Positions 34,459 to 44,758 of a stretch of DNA of 64,000 nucleotides are shown here, in pieces. Origin of the DNA: a virus (taxonomy: Duplodnaviria; Caudoviricetes). The position numbers and the translations under genes are program-made. Positions within the stretch are counted from its first letter, which is position 1, and every line of letters starts with the position of its first letter. The stretch lies in the IMG/VR virus record IMGVR_UViG_3300025924_000017, positions 32,001 to 96,000 of that record, one strand, 5' to 3'. The notes under the pieces are model-generated. The model worked only from the letters and a program-made list of their open reading frames with translations, had not been told where the DNA came from and did no database searches.

Positions 34459-36276
34459 ATGGCCGGTCAAGTCCCCAACTCCCAGAATATCTCACGCGTT
34501 GGCGTGGGCGCAGCCGACTCCACCACGGTCGCCGTCCATCCCGAATACTATTACTGGCTGAACGAGTGGCAGAAAATCCGCGACGTGATCGCGGGACAGC
34601 GCGAGATCAAGCGCAAAGGGCGCGTCTACCTCAAGGGTCCGCCGAAGATGGACTCGGACGACTACGAGACCTATCTCGAACGCGCCACCTTCTACAACAT
34701 GACCCGTCAGACCGTGAACGGCATGGTCGGTCAGGCGTTCTCCCGCGATCCGCTCATTCTCGGGATGCCGGATGATTTCAAGAATGCCATCCGTCTCAAG
34801 TTCGGCAAGGATGGCTCCGGTCACGTCGTCTTCGCCAAGACCGTCTTCAGCGAACAGGTGAGCATGGGACGCTACGGCGTTCTCGTCGATGCCCCGGAGA
34901 CGGCCTCGACCACACCGACCTCGTTCGCGGTCGGCTATGCCGCCGAGAACATCCTCGACTGGGACATTCAGGACGTCGGCGGCGAATACCAGCCGACGCG
35001 CATCCTGCTCCGCGAGTTCAAGCGCCAGCGCAGTCAGCCGCAGGCGCCCCAGAAGCCCGGCGCCCCCAACAAACGTGGCATGCCGGTCAAGCGCAGCGAT
35101 GCGCTCAGCACCGCACGTTACACCCAGCCCTCCGGCGCCTTCATCGAGAGCTTCACCTATGCGACGGTCTATCGCGACCTCGTGCTTGAAGCGCAGGACG
35201 CCGGACCGCCGGTCTACAAGCAGTACCTCTACAATGAATCGCCCACCGGCACGCCAGTGTCCGAGAGCACACCGCTGTTGCGCGGCCAACCGCTCAACTT
35301 CATCCCCTTCAAGTTCTTCGGCGCCCAGTACAACACCGCCGATGTGGAAGCGCCGCCGGTGCTCGACATCGTCGATCTCAACCTCAGCCACTATCGCACC
35401 TACGCCGAACTGGAGTGGGGCCGGATGTATACCGCGCTGCCGGTCTACTACGCGCCGGTCAGCGACGGCGAAGGCGCGGGCGATTACATCGTCGGACCTT
35501 CGGTCGTCTGGGAAGTCGAGCCGGATCAGGAACCCGGCATCCTCGAATACAAGGGCGACGGCCTGAAGACGCTGGAGTCCGCACTCCAGACCAAGGAACA
35601 GCAGATCGCCGCCATCGGCGGTCGCATGATGCCGGGCCACACCGCCAAGGGCTCCGCCTCGGCCGAAGAAACCGAACGCTCGGCCCAGAGTGAGCAGGCC
35701 CTCATCCTCCACGCCCTGCAAGCCTGCGAAGCCGGTATGACCGACTGCATTCGCTGGTGGCTGATGTGGCGCGACGTCGCGCTCGCCGACTCCGAGGATG
35801 TCGAATACTCCATGAACCGCATCTTCGGTGATGCGAGACTCGACGCACGTGCCATGCGCGTGTTCCAGCAGCTTCACGACGAAGGCAAGCTGCCCATCGA
35901 GATCATCTACAACGCCGTCATCGCCACCGGCTTCATGGACCCGGAGACGACGCTCGAAGAGTTCATCGACTCGCTCAACGATCCTGCGAACTTCCCGAAC
36001 AACCCGGACGTCGTGGCTCGCCAGCAGGGCTTCACCTCACGCCAGCAGCAACTCGATCAGCGCACTGTGGATCGCGAGGCTGGTATGCAGCAGCAGGAAA
36101 TCGATCTGCAAGAACGCGAGGTCGAGCTTATGGAGAACGCGCCGCCGCCGTTGCCACCCAAGACACCGAACCCGGCTGGCGCCGCACTCCCGGCGCGCGC
36201 CGGTGGACCGGTGCCGCCCAAGCCGGGCCGTGGCGGCAACAAGACTTCCAAGCCGAAACCGGGAGCAGGCGGTTGA
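34459..36276 (+). CDS. portal protein (DUF4055-type)
   Basis: HPEY...WQKIRDVIAG...YLERATFYNMTRQTVNGMVG...YGVLVD...NLSHYRTYA. Confidence 0.9.
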   Translation: MAGQVPNSQNISRVGVGAADSTTVAVHPEYYYWLNEWQKIRDVIAGQREIKRKGRVYLKGPPKMDSDDYETYLERATFYNMTRQTVNGMVGQAFSRDPLILGMPDDFKNAIRLKFGKDGSGHVVFAKTVFSEQVSMGRYGVLVDAPETASTTPTSFAVGYAAENILDWDIQDVGGEYQPTRILLREFKRQRSQPQAPQKPGAPNKRGMPVKRSDALSTARYTQPSGAFIESFTYATVYRDLVLEAQDAGPPVYKQYLYNESPTGTPVSESTPLLRGQPLNFIPFKFFGAQYNTADVEAPPVLDIVDLNLSHYRTYAELEWGRMYTALPVYYAPVSDGEGAGDYIVGPSVVWEVEPDQEPGILEYKGDGLKTLESALQTKEQQIAAIGGRMMPGHTAKGSASAEETERSAQSEQALILHALQACEAGMTDCIRWWLMWRDVALADSEDVEYSMNRIFGDARLDARAMRVFQQLHDEGKLPIEIIYNAVIATGFMDPETTLEEFIDSLNDPANFPNNPDVVARQQGFTSRQQQLDQRTVDREAGMQQQEIDLQEREVELMENAPPPLPPKTPNPAGAALPARAGGPVPPKPGRGGNKTSKPKPGAGG

Positions 36277-36467
36277 GCGTAGTTCTTGGCTGGTGGTTGA
36301 TGCCATCGTTCATCACGGTTGCCGCATGGGTCTGGGTGTTCACCAGACCGCCGCAACCGCGCAGTGGTTGGTACGATTTTGACATCATGCCTGCCGTCCG
36401 CGCCGTCTGCGCAGTGATCGTGATGCTTGCAAGCTGGCTGATCTACTTCATGGCTCAGGTACTCTGA
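36273..36467 (+). CDS. small 2-TM protein
   Basis: hydrophobic; coupled. Confidence 0.6.
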   Translation: MSVVLGWWLMPSFITVAAWVWVFTRPPQPRSGWYDFDIMPAVRAVCAVIVMLASWLIYFMAQVL

Positions 36468-36637
36468 TGCAAGGCGGTCATGGATGGGTCACCAAACGGC
36501 CTGATGGCATGGTCGCGCGCTGCGGCGGACCGAAACTCTGCAAAGAATGTCAGCGCGAAGCAGGTCTACTCAAAGGCCGGGTTCCAGCCACGACGGGCCG
36601 CGTCGAAGACCCCAACCAACTCGATCTTCCCTTCTAA
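36467..36637 (+). CDS. small Cys-motif protein (GHGWV.KRPDG..ARCGGP..C..C)
   Basis: TGATG coupling. Confidence 0.6.
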   Translation: MQGGHGWVTKRPDGMVARCGGPKLCKECQREAGLLKGRVPATTGRVEDPNQLDLPF

Positions 36638-36657
36638 CAACACCGACATCAGCACCA

Positions 36658-36881
36658 TGGGCCGCAAGTCACATTACGACAGCCTCGACGATCTCTATGC
36701 AGAACTCGACCACGAGTCGATCTTCGATGAGGATGATCCGGAACCGCTGGACGAATCCGATCTCGCGCTTTTGAACACTCGCGATAGCCAACCGCGTAAC
36801 GTCAAAACCAAGACGCGCAAGCCCCGGACTCCGAAACCGGCGCCCGCCAAGAAGACGCGGCGCCCGGCATCACGAAAATAA
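36658..36881 (+). CDS. acidic/basic bipartite small protein
   Basis: ATG 36658 in frame of 36480..36881. Confidence 0.55.
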
Positions 36882-36969
36882 TTCTGACGCGATCCTTGAC
36901 ACTCTTCCGAGCGTGTGTCACCAATCGCGACATCAACGTCGAAACTCCCCGAAAGGAACCACCCCGACT

Positions 36970-37359
36970 ATGACTTGGAATACCAACACCGCCATCGGAA
37001 TCGCCGGTGTCGTGGCCGCCGCCATTCTGGCGGTTTGGCTCGGCGTCTCGATCCTTACCACCCTCATCGTACTGCTCGTCGTTCTCGCCGTCATCTACTT
37101 CGTCACGCCGGTTCGCACCGTCGTCTTCGGCTGGCTCGGCTGGACCGAGCCTTCTCCGTCCGAACTCTTCGCCACGGCCGTCGCCGACGTCGAAGCCATC
37201 GCGACGAAGTTCGAGAACGCCGCCAAGGGTCTCTACGATGAAGTCACCGGCCATCAGGCCGATGCCGCCGAGGCGACGAAGCTCGCCGACGACAAGCAGA
37301 AGCTTGCCGACCGTGCGACGGCCGCTGCGGCAAATCACAAGGCGCTGATCGGCGCATAA
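36970..37359 (+). CDS. membrane protein with C-terminal coiled coil
   Basis: TTGACA promoter ~36898; two TM segments; terminator hairpin ~37385-37430. Confidence 0.8.
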   Translation: MTWNTNTAIGIAGVVAAAILAVWLGVSILTTLIVLLVVLAVIYFVTPVRTVVFGWLGWTEPSPSELFATAVADVEAIATKFENAAKGLYDEVTGHQADAAEATKLADDKQKLADRATAAAANHKALIGA

Positions 37360-37443
37360 GCGCACCTCCTCATTGATCAGCCTTTTACGGCGCGCGGTGT
37401 GGTCATTCTCCGCGCGCCGTTTGCCTTTTTGTAGAGGCACCAT

Positions 37444-37749
37444 GTGACCCACTTCCTCGCCGCCGCGCTTGCAGTCTCCTTCTGGGTGACGACACCTTCC
37501 GTTGGCCCCGCACCGAACTACCATCAGCCGGATGGCCTGATCGCCGAGAGTGTGAACTGCGATCAATGGGAACGCGTAGACAGCGAGACGTGGCGCGCCG
37601 AAGGTAAGGCCGTCGTCAAGTTCTACGACGAACCGGATATCGTCCTGCACCGCATCGACGTGACCCAGACCTTTGCCGACGATCTGTTCTGGACGATAGA
37701 GGATGCCTGCAATGAAGAGGCCTACGGCGCGCTCTATGACGACGAGTAA
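37444..37749 (+). CDS. secreted hypothetical protein
   Basis: signal peptide-like N-terminus. Confidence 0.65.
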   Translation: MTHFLAAALAVSFWVTTPSVGPAPNYHQPDGLIAESVNCDQWERVDSETWRAEGKAVVKFYDEPDIVLHRIDVTQTFADDLFWTIEDACNEEAYGALYDDE

Positions 37750-37990
37750 CCTCCACGAACCGTCGCTGGCGCGCAAGATGCGCGAGCTTGCGCAGAAGAA
37801 AACCGACGCGGGCGATCTCGGATTGGCGTACAGCCTCAACGTCCAAGCCGATATGTTCGAACTGGCTGCTGCGAATTTCCAACTCGGGACCGGCACGGCG
37901 GAAGGTCTGCTCCTGTCGTGGCGCAAAGCGCGCAAGCTCTTCATGGATGCGCAGAAGCCGACCAATGGTCTGCCATCGAGTTGGTCATGA
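37736..37990 (+). CDS. hypothetical protein
   Basis: operon continuity. Confidence 0.6.
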   Translation: MTTSNLHEPSLARKMRELAQKKTDAGDLGLAYSLNVQADMFELAAANFQLGTGTAEGLLLSWRKARKLFMDAQKPTNGLPSSWS

Positions 37991-38193
37991 TGCGCGCGTT
38001 GTGGTCGCGCTGGGTCGGTTGCTGGAAGTGGTTCGATAGTCTTTCCGCGCCCGGCATCGATCCCCATGAGGCCATGATCCAATACCAGTTGATGCAAATC
38101 CGCAAAGCCGACGAAGCCAAGCGGGGCGCCGACAATCCCCTGTACCCACTTTACGCACAGCTTGACGATGGACACTCCAACACCTCCGCATAA
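37987..38193 (+). CDS. hypothetical protein
   Basis: ATGA coupling. Confidence 0.55.
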   Translation: MMRALWSRWVGCWKWFDSLSAPGIDPHEAMIQYQLMQIRKADEAKRGADNPLYPLYAQLDDGHSNTSA

Positions 38194-38524
38194 ACTCGCA
38201 CTCGTTCTTCCCAAGACGTGCTTCAAGCAGGACGGCTCGCGCCGCTGGTTCCGCACGATGTTGCGGTTCCTCAACGTCGTCGAACCCGGCCCCGAAGTCG
38301 TACTCTCATGGACCCGCGTCGGCATGGCGCTCGCGATCCTGACGATGACGTTCTCCATCATCTTCCTCACGGTCTTCTCGCCGGGCAATCTCGCCGCGAT
38401 GATCGGTGCGGTCGTCGGCGCGGCGCCCTTCGTCGTCAATTATATTCACCAGCGCCGCTGCGATATGAAAACCGGAGGCAACCCGAACTCGACGGGCGAG
38501 ATCGCGCAAGGCGATTCGCAGTGA
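38168..38524 (+). CDS. 2-TM membrane protein
   Basis: two hydrophobic helices. Confidence 0.65.
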   Translation: MDTPTPPHKLALVLPKTCFKQDGSRRWFRTMLRFLNVVEPGPEVVLSWTRVGMALAILTMTFSIIFLTVFSPGNLAAMIGAVVGAAPFVVNYIHQRRCDMKTGGNPNSTGEIAQGDSQ

Positions 38525-38781
38525 GCCCCACACGCTACCCCAACCGACCCGACCAAGTTCCACGCGAGCCGCACTTCGCCATCGTCAAAGGCAGCAACCA
38601 TGAGGATGGCTATGGCGGCACGTCCTACCATCTGACCTACGAGGCCTTCTTCAACCGCGCCGACTGGGAAGCCGAGATCAACAGGCTGGAGCAAGAGCGC
38701 AACTTCGCGACGCCTTATGTCGCCCTCGATGTCCGTCCGGCGCGTGTCGAGCGCAAAGTCATCACCACCGTCGCCGAATAG
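38521..38781 (+). CDS. hypothetical protein
   Basis: GTGA coupling. Confidence 0.65.
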   Translation: MSPTRYPNRPDQVPREPHFAIVKGSNHEDGYGGTSYHLTYEAFFNRADWEAEINRLEQERNFATPYVALDVRPARVERKVITTVAE

Positions 38782-38852
38782 TCTGTTTCTTTTCTTGACA
38801 TCATTGTCGTAATTCGCGACAGTCACCGCGAACTGAGCACCCCGAGCAACGT

Positions 38853-39695
38853 TTGTCCCTTTATCACCTATACGAATACGACCCCGACCTCCACAAAACC
38901 GCCAACGAAGTAGCTGGCTGCGTGCGTGAGTTCGGTGAGGCCGGTCTGGAATCATCCGCGATCAAGGCACTTGCGGATGCCTACCTCGATCTTCTCGAAA
39001 AGCGCGGACTGCCGCCGAAGCTCTTCATCGAGCCTTCGATCCAGCTTTGCAGCGGGCGCTACTTCAACTTCCTCGACCCCGACGCGACGCCGGTCACACC
39101 GGAAGAGATCGCGCACGCACTCGGCAATGTCGCGCGCTGTGCCGGTCACACCATCTTCGATATGCCGGTCCCGGTAGGCCAGCACTGCGTCCTCGCATCA
39201 CGCGCGGCGCCCGCGCCGTTCAAGTTCGAGGCGTTGATGCACGACGCCGTCGAGGCCTTCACCGGCGATGTCACCACGCCGCTCAAGCAGTGCCTTGCCG
39301 ACTTCAAGCGCATCGAGAAATACTGCGAGCATTCCGTTCGCCGCCAATATCTTCTGCCGCTCGAAATGTCGCCCGAGGTGAAAGCCATCGACGTTCGTAT
39401 GGCCTGCACCGAGAAACGCGACTGCCTGCCGCCCGATCCGCCGGGCGAGGGCTGGGAAATGCTGGAAGGCATCGATCCCTACGAGATCATCATCACGCCG
39501 TGGAGCGCGAAGCAGGCGAAGACGCGTTGGCTCGCGGAGTTCAACGCACTCTGGCCCGAACACATGGCGCGCAACCTCCCGCGTGAGAGCGATCAGCGCG
39601 AAGACGCGGCTTGGCCTTCCTTCTCCATTGAAGCCCGCCGCGAACTGGCGACGCGCCTCGGCCTCTACGACCCCGTCACTCAGGATATTCCATAA
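38853..39695 (+). CDS. HD-domain phosphohydrolase (YfbR/YfdR-like)
   Basis: IAHALGNVARCAGH...GQHCV...EALMHDAVEAFTGDVTTPLK. Confidence 0.85.
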   Translation: MSLYHLYEYDPDLHKTANEVAGCVREFGEAGLESSAIKALADAYLDLLEKRGLPPKLFIEPSIQLCSGRYFNFLDPDATPVTPEEIAHALGNVARCAGHTIFDMPVPVGQHCVLASRAAPAPFKFEALMHDAVEAFTGDVTTPLKQCLADFKRIEKYCEHSVRRQYLLPLEMSPEVKAIDVRMACTEKRDCLPPDPPGEGWEMLEGIDPYEIIITPWSAKQAKTRWLAEFNALWPEHMARNLPRESDQREDAAWPSFSIEARRELATRLGLYDPVTQDIP

Positions 39696-40750
39696 TGGAT
39701 CAGAAGAAGCTCGACGAGCTTTCCGCCTATGCGCACCTCGTCGTTGATCGCATGACACCCGCCGAGAAGCAGCGCTTGATCGCCAATGAAGACAAGCCGC
39801 GTCCGGTGTTGGCCGCCAGTGGCGAATGTCAGCTTGGCGATCTGATCCCCGCCGACGAGCCTGTCACATCTTTTCCGCCCACGTGTCATCATCCGATGAC
39901 AGATCGGCCCTGCGTGCTCGATCTGAAGGTCGGCGCCGTGCGCCCGCATTACAACCTGACGATCAAAACACCGAACGCGGATGCGTTCAGAGGCGCCCGG
40001 CGTTTCCCGCCGCCGCGTATGCGCCCACGTGGTCAGCCGGACGCGAACGCGTTCCCGAAGTCCCTCCAGCCGCAAGTCGATGTCGATGACGTGATCGCCG
40101 GACTGGACGCGGGGCTTTCAGCAAACGACGCGATCAAGCAGGCCCGGAAGAAGTTTCGCGATTCCAATGCGAAGCCTCTGTTCGAAGCTTGCCGACACGA
40201 GCGTTCCGGATATGCAGCGGCCTATGATGTTTCGACGGACACGTCCGGCGGCACCGACGAGCCCTCCAAGCCGCTGATCGAACCCAACCGTCACCACCGC
40301 TCCGGCTACTTCACCGGCGGCGTGGTCAAAGCGGCCGATGCGCCGTCATTCTCTTCCGGCGACAAGACCTTCGAGGACTGCAAAGCGCGGTTCACCAACC
40401 TCGCGAACTTTAGCTGTGCTCCGAGTTTCCATGAAATCTCCGAAGCAACCGACGACGGAGTCACTCGCGCCCAGTTCCACCACGCTATGGACGCGCTCTG
40501 GTCTGAGTTCGAATACGTCAACAACCTCCCGCGCCGCACCGCCGACGAGGCGAAGGATGCCGCAGGCTTCGCCACGCTGATCCGGCGCTACCTGCGTCAC
40601 CTCGAAGATCATTGGGCCGACTACCCCGGCGAAGTTCAGCCCGAAGGCAACGTCGCCGTCCCCCAATGCCTGCACGACCTGCGCAAACTCGCTGCCATGG
40701 CCGTGCGCGGAATGATCATCTGCGGAATTCGTCCGCGTCAAACCTCCTAA
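39695..40750 (+). CDS. hypothetical protein
   Basis: 351-aa ORF, TAATG coupling. Confidence 0.7.
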   Translation: MDQKKLDELSAYAHLVVDRMTPAEKQRLIANEDKPRPVLAASGECQLGDLIPADEPVTSFPPTCHHPMTDRPCVLDLKVGAVRPHYNLTIKTPNADAFRGARRFPPPRMRPRGQPDANAFPKSLQPQVDVDDVIAGLDAGLSANDAIKQARKKFRDSNAKPLFEACRHERSGYAAAYDVSTDTSGGTDEPSKPLIEPNRHHRSGYFTGGVVKAADAPSFSSGDKTFEDCKARFTNLANFSCAPSFHEISEATDDGVTRAQFHHAMDALWSEFEYVNNLPRRTADEAKDAAGFATLIRRYLRHLEDHWADYPGEVQPEGNVAVPQCLHDLRKLAAMAVRGMIICGIRPRQTS

Positions 40751-40759
40751 AGGAACACC

Positions 40760-41116
40760 ATGCTTAGCAAACACCTCGTCGAACAAATCGCCCGCGTCTG
40801 TTACGCCGCTGCCACCACGTGGGACGAATCGCACGGCGCCGACCCCGCCCCGGCGTGGGAAGACGCCGACGAAGCGACCGTCCAGAGTCTCACCAAGCGC
40901 ATCAATGTGACGCTCGCCGATCCGCGCGGCGGCGACGGCACCTACCACAATACGTGGGTCGCCGAGATGCGTGAGAACGGCTGGTGCGCGGGCTCCGACT
41001 ACGACGCCAAGCGAAAGATCGACCCGCAGATGGTGCAGTTCCACATGCTGACGCCCTTTCAGAAAGCCCGCGAGCGCATGTTCCGCTCGATCATCATCGC
41101 ACTGAGCCGGGTCTGA
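40760..41116 (+). CDS. RyR-domain protein
   Basis: HNTWVAEMRENGW..G..YD..RK.DP..V.F..L...QK pattern. Confidence 0.75.
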   Translation: MLSKHLVEQIARVCYAAATTWDESHGADPAPAWEDADEATVQSLTKRINVTLADPRGGDGTYHNTWVAEMRENGWCAGSDYDAKRKIDPQMVQFHMLTPFQKARERMFRSIIIALSRV

Positions 41117-41310
41117 TGCTGCACGAATTTATTTACGTGGATGGCATCGGCTCTATGAGGGGCACCGTTCGCGTGGAGAAGATCGTTGCCAACAATGAAA
41201 GCCGAGACGGCCTTGCCTGCATCGACATGGGCAGCGGTGCTCGCACCACATCGACCGAATACAAGCCCGCGCTGTTGCTCTGGGCGCAGGCATTGAAAGA
41301 AGCCTCCTGA
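41116..41310 (+). CDS. hypothetical protein
   Basis: coupled. Confidence 0.55.
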   Translation: MLHEFIYVDGIGSMRGTVRVEKIVANNESRDGLACIDMGSGARTTSTEYKPALLLWAQALKEAS

Positions 41311-41504
41311 TGATCGTCGTGATCACACACTCCGATACCAAACGTCGCGTGGCCTTCCGTGCCGTAGAAATCCGCACTGTCGAAGAACAAGAGGACGGCA
41401 GTGCTCGCGTCGAGACTTATCGGAATGCCGATGGCTTGATCTCTACGAGCGAGCCCTTCGCAGACGTTCTTCTCACGTGGAAGCAGGGGCTCGAAGGTGG
41501 CTGA
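41310..41504 (+). CDS. hypothetical protein
   Basis: coupled. Confidence 0.6.
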   Translation: MIVVITHSDTKRRVAFRAVEIRTVEEQEDGSARVETYRNADGLISTSEPFADVLLTWKQGLEGG

Positions 41505-41940
41505 GCGCAGGAACATCTACGCCTACACGCCGCCGTGGCCCAGCGACAAGCCGGGCAACGTTCCCTATCTCTCGATCAACCGGGAGAAAGACGGCTCGAC
41601 TTCCGTGCATGTGCGCGGCGAGCCGTACCGCACCGGCGAAGTCGCAGCGCCTCATTGTGTGGGCGCGGGTCACACGGTCTACGCCAACAAGGAAGCGACG
41701 ATCACGCTCCCCACCGAGGAGCACCTCCTGATGCTCATGGTCGGTATCAGCGAGCACATCTACGGCGAAGAGATCACGCAGCGGCTTGGGGCATTCATCC
41801 TGTCCGAGACTTTGAGCGCCGCGACCGTGGTTGAAGACGAACAGATGAGTGAAGACCATCCTGATGAAGAAAGCATCGCTCGCGATCTGCCGGGCAGCGG
41901 CTTCGTCCCAACCTCCACACCGGCACCCGTCACCGAATAA
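41497..41940 (+). CDS. hypothetical protein
   Basis: coupled. Confidence 0.65.
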   Translation: MAERRNIYAYTPPWPSDKPGNVPYLSINREKDGSTSVHVRGEPYRTGEVAAPHCVGAGHTVYANKEATITLPTEEHLLMLMVGISEHIYGEEITQRLGAFILSETLSAATVVEDEQMSEDHPDEESIARDLPGSGFVPTSTPAPVTE

Positions 41941-42341
41941 TGGAATTCTGCAAACAGCACTGGAACGAGCTTTGTGCGCACGTGCGCATCCAAGGTCTTT
42001 GGGAATGCCAGATCAGCGATCCCGACGAGATCAAGATGTACCTGCGCATGATCCAAGGCGACATCCGTAATGGCGATGACGCCTCGTTGTTCGACGCGCT
42101 GCTCGCCGCCCAGTACTTGGTTTTGCAGAAGTACTACGAACTCTACGGCGTCGCGACCCTTATCGAAGAGGCGCAGGCGGAAATCGAAGAAGGCAAACCC
42201 GCTGCGGCGCCACTCTGTCAGATGTGCGAGCACGAGAAGCTCCATCCCGGCGGACCCGCCCGCTGGATGCTCGACTGTGTGAGCAACGTGCGCCGGTCGG
42301 CGATCAATCACGGCTTCATCAGACCGGACACGATGCAGTGA
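41940..42341 (+). CDS. hypothetical protein
   Basis: TAATG coupling. Confidence 0.7.
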   Translation: MEFCKQHWNELCAHVRIQGLWECQISDPDEIKMYLRMIQGDIRNGDDASLFDALLAAQYLVLQKYYELYGVATLIEEAQAEIEEGKPAAAPLCQMCEHEKLHPGGPARWMLDCVSNVRRSAINHGFIRPDTMQ

Positions 42342-42607
42342 AGGATAGCGCGTTCGCCATGACACTGTTCTCTGTCCCCATCATCATCGCAGGCCTGCTG
42401 GCGTCCGCGCTGCATGGTTGCGATCAGGCTGTCGAGGCGCGTGTCTCCAAACCGTTGCCGCCGGTGCATCTGCACAAGATCGCGGACGATGAACCGTGTC
42501 CGACGCGTTCGGCCGAAACCTGTCCGCCGATCCCCGATCCGGATGGCCTCGACGACGGTGTGATCCGCGACGACAGCAAACAGCTTCCGAAAACGGAGAA
42601 GGCATGA
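42338..42607 (+). CDS. putative lipoprotein
   Basis: hydrophobic leader ending LHGC. Confidence 0.55.
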   Translation: MKDSAFAMTLFSVPIIIAGLLASALHGCDQAVEARVSKPLPPVHLHKIADDEPCPTRSAETCPPIPDPDGLDDGVIRDDSKQLPKTEKA

Positions 42608-43143
42608 CTGAGCGTCCGCATAAACAGTACGGCGACGACCCGAAGTTCAGTTCCGCACAGATCAGGAATATGGTGACACACGGCACGGTTAGCGGGCGCG
42701 TCTCGCACAAGGTGCCCAATCGCTCGGCGTATCCGTCATGCCGTGTTGCGCACGAACACCCCAACCTTTCGCAGATTGCGAAAGGCGAGCGCACCACGCT
42801 GGAAATCGTCGAGGCCATCGCCAAGACGACTGGTCAGAAGCTCACCCGCAAGCAGATGATCGCCCGCGCCGAGAAGGTCGATGCCATTCTCAAAGGCGAG
42901 CAGCGCGTCGAACTCAAACCCACGATCATCCACGTCAATCAGTTGGTGATCCGCTCGAACGCCAAGCACGGCACGAACGAACCGCCGCTGACCTTTCGCA
43001 AAGGTCGTAACGGCCGCAAGTCCACCCGGGCGCACACTGTCACCGGCGAAGGTCCCTTCGAACTCGTCTATTCGCCTCACAACCCGCTCCCATGCGGCGC
43101 GCGTCTCTGGATCGAGACGTACGGGAAGGTGACACACAAGTGA
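42604..43143 (+). CDS. hypothetical protein (IIHVNQ.VIRSNAKHG.NEPPLT motif)
   Basis: ATGA coupling; C-terminal motif common in phages. Confidence 0.7.
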   Translation: MTERPHKQYGDDPKFSSAQIRNMVTHGTVSGRVSHKVPNRSAYPSCRVAHEHPNLSQIAKGERTTLEIVEAIAKTTGQKLTRKQMIARAEKVDAILKGEQRVELKPTIIHVNQLVIRSNAKHGTNEPPLTFRKGRNGRKSTRAHTVTGEGPFELVYSPHNPLPCGARLWIETYGKVTHK

Positions 43144-43400
43144 AGTCCTTCTTCTGCCAATGCGTCGGCATCGACTCCGCCGACTACTGGACACCAATCG
43201 AAGCGCGTCATCCCGATGATGCCGCCGAAGAATACATCAAGCGCTGCGAGGAAGGCTCCGGCGGCGAGATGCTCAACGATCCCTTCAAGGATCGCGAGAC
43301 AGTGCGGGTGAAGAACGCGGACGGCCAAGTCGTCAGCTTCGAGATCACGATGGACTGGTCGAAGGACTACTACGTTCATGAAGTGGGAGCAATGAATTGA
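43140..43400 (+). CDS. hypothetical protein
   Basis: GTGA coupling. Confidence 0.65.
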   Translation: MKSFFCQCVGIDSADYWTPIEARHPDDAAEEYIKRCEEGSGGEMLNDPFKDRETVRVKNADGQVVSFEITMDWSKDYYVHEVGAMN

Positions 43401-43563
43401 AGAGCAAAGCCGCCGAGTGGCTCACCGTATTCGCGGGCATCGTGCTCGTGATCATCATCAGCTACCAGTTGGTCAGCCCGAAAGCACGAGAGTGTCACGC
43501 GTCCGGCGGCGAATACTTCGTCGTCGATGGTTGCATGCATATGAGCGAGGCAGGCGCGGAGTA

Positions 43564-43806
43564 ATGAAACAGCCCGCGAGTTACCGCGTCATCAAATACT
43601 GGAAGAAGGTCGAACTCGCAGGCCTTCCATTCCACACGGTCTACACACTCATCCCCGAGACCAAGGTCCGGTCGGATGAAATGTCCGACCCGCAATTCGA
43701 CGCCATCGTCGTGGCCGTGAAGGAGGCCAAGCTCTCCTACCAACTCTACACCGTTGCGAAGGAGATGGCGGAGACCAGCGACGATCTGAAGGAGAAAGCA
43801 GCGTGA
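43564..43806 (+). CDS. hypothetical protein
   Basis: TAATG coupling. Confidence 0.6.
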   Translation: MKQPASYRVIKYWKKVELAGLPFHTVYTLIPETKVRSDEMSDPQFDAIVVAVKEAKLSYQLYTVAKEMAETSDDLKEKAA

Positions 43807-43906
43807 GCTATTACTGGCATTGGGGCGAATGGGGCTTGGGGAAATACAAGGGCCTCAAGAGCACGTTCCTTTTCCTCGGCCCACTCACAATTGCGTGGTT
43901 GCACTG

Positions 43907-44095
43907 ATGCCAATCGTCGATCCCGAGATGGACGATCTGATGAAGACGTTCGAGCGCCACGTGCGTGAAACGGAGTCTTGCAAGCCATGTGAAGGCCTCG
44001 GTGTCTTCCTCGGACAGTTGGGCGCCTCTCTACAATCCAAGAAGTGCAGTCCGTGTAAAGGCACGGGCTGGGTCAAGCGAAGAGACCTCAACTGA
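43907..44095 (+). CDS. small CxxCxGxG protein
   Basis: CKPCEGLG, CSPCKGTG. Confidence 0.6.
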   Translation: MPIVDPEMDDLMKTFERHVRETESCKPCEGLGVFLGQLGASLQSKKCSPCKGTGWVKRRDLN

Positions 44096-44395
44096 ATGCC
44101 GTACATTCCCAAGCAAGACCGCGAAGCCGCCGCCGATCTTCCAAACACGGCGGGCGAACTCAACTTCGCCATGACGCTGACAGCCATCACGTATGTTGAA
44201 GGCAAAGGCCTCTCGTATCAGACCATCAACGATGTGATGGGCGCATTCGAAGGCGCCAAGCAGGAATTCTACCGCCGCGTCGCCATCCCTTACGAGAACA
44301 GCAAGATCAGTCAGAACGGCGACGTGTATTCCCCGAGCCTCGCGCCCTTCGATCCATCCACCAACCTCCAGTTGGCACCAACACCAAAAGAATGA
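44096..44395 (+). CDS. DUF6899-like phage protein
   Basis: MPYI...AGELNF...AKQEFYRRVA.PYE..K...NGDVY. Confidence 0.7.
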   Translation: MPYIPKQDREAAADLPNTAGELNFAMTLTAITYVEGKGLSYQTINDVMGAFEGAKQEFYRRVAIPYENSKISQNGDVYSPSLAPFDPSTNLQLAPTPKE

Positions 44396-44712
44396 CGTCC
44401 CAACAGAAGCCTCATAAGGGTCAGATCAAAGACTGGTTCAAGCTGGCCTTCAATCGTGAGATCACCGAGAAACACTACGGCGAGAGCGCCGGTCTCGGTT
44501 TTGCGATTATCGGCACCTTCATCGACCATCCGCAATTCGGATACTCGCCGGGCGGACGTACATCGTGGATCGTCGCGATGAGTGAGCCCGACGATCAGGG
44601 CAACACCGAAGTCGAGACGCGTAACAGCCGCTACACGCTTGTCGGTCCGGGAGTCGTGTTTTCCGATGCGGAAGCGGCCGTGCAGGAGCAGACCGGAAAG
44701 CTTGCCGACTGA
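44392..44712 (+). CDS. hypothetical protein (RTSWIV...ETRNSRY)
   Basis: ATGA coupling. Confidence 0.7.
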   Translation: MTSQQKPHKGQIKDWFKLAFNREITEKHYGESAGLGFAIIGTFIDHPQFGYSPGGRTSWIVAMSEPDDQGNTEVETRNSRYTLVGPGVVFSDAEAAVQEQTGKLAD

Positions 44713-44758
44713 TGCTCCCGGGAGAATCACTGTGATCGGTTGGTGGCGAGAACGACGC

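Noticed and set aside
38168-38524. 2-TM protein as a holin
   Set aside because: No endolysin or spanin is adjacent, and many similar small TM genes occur in the window.
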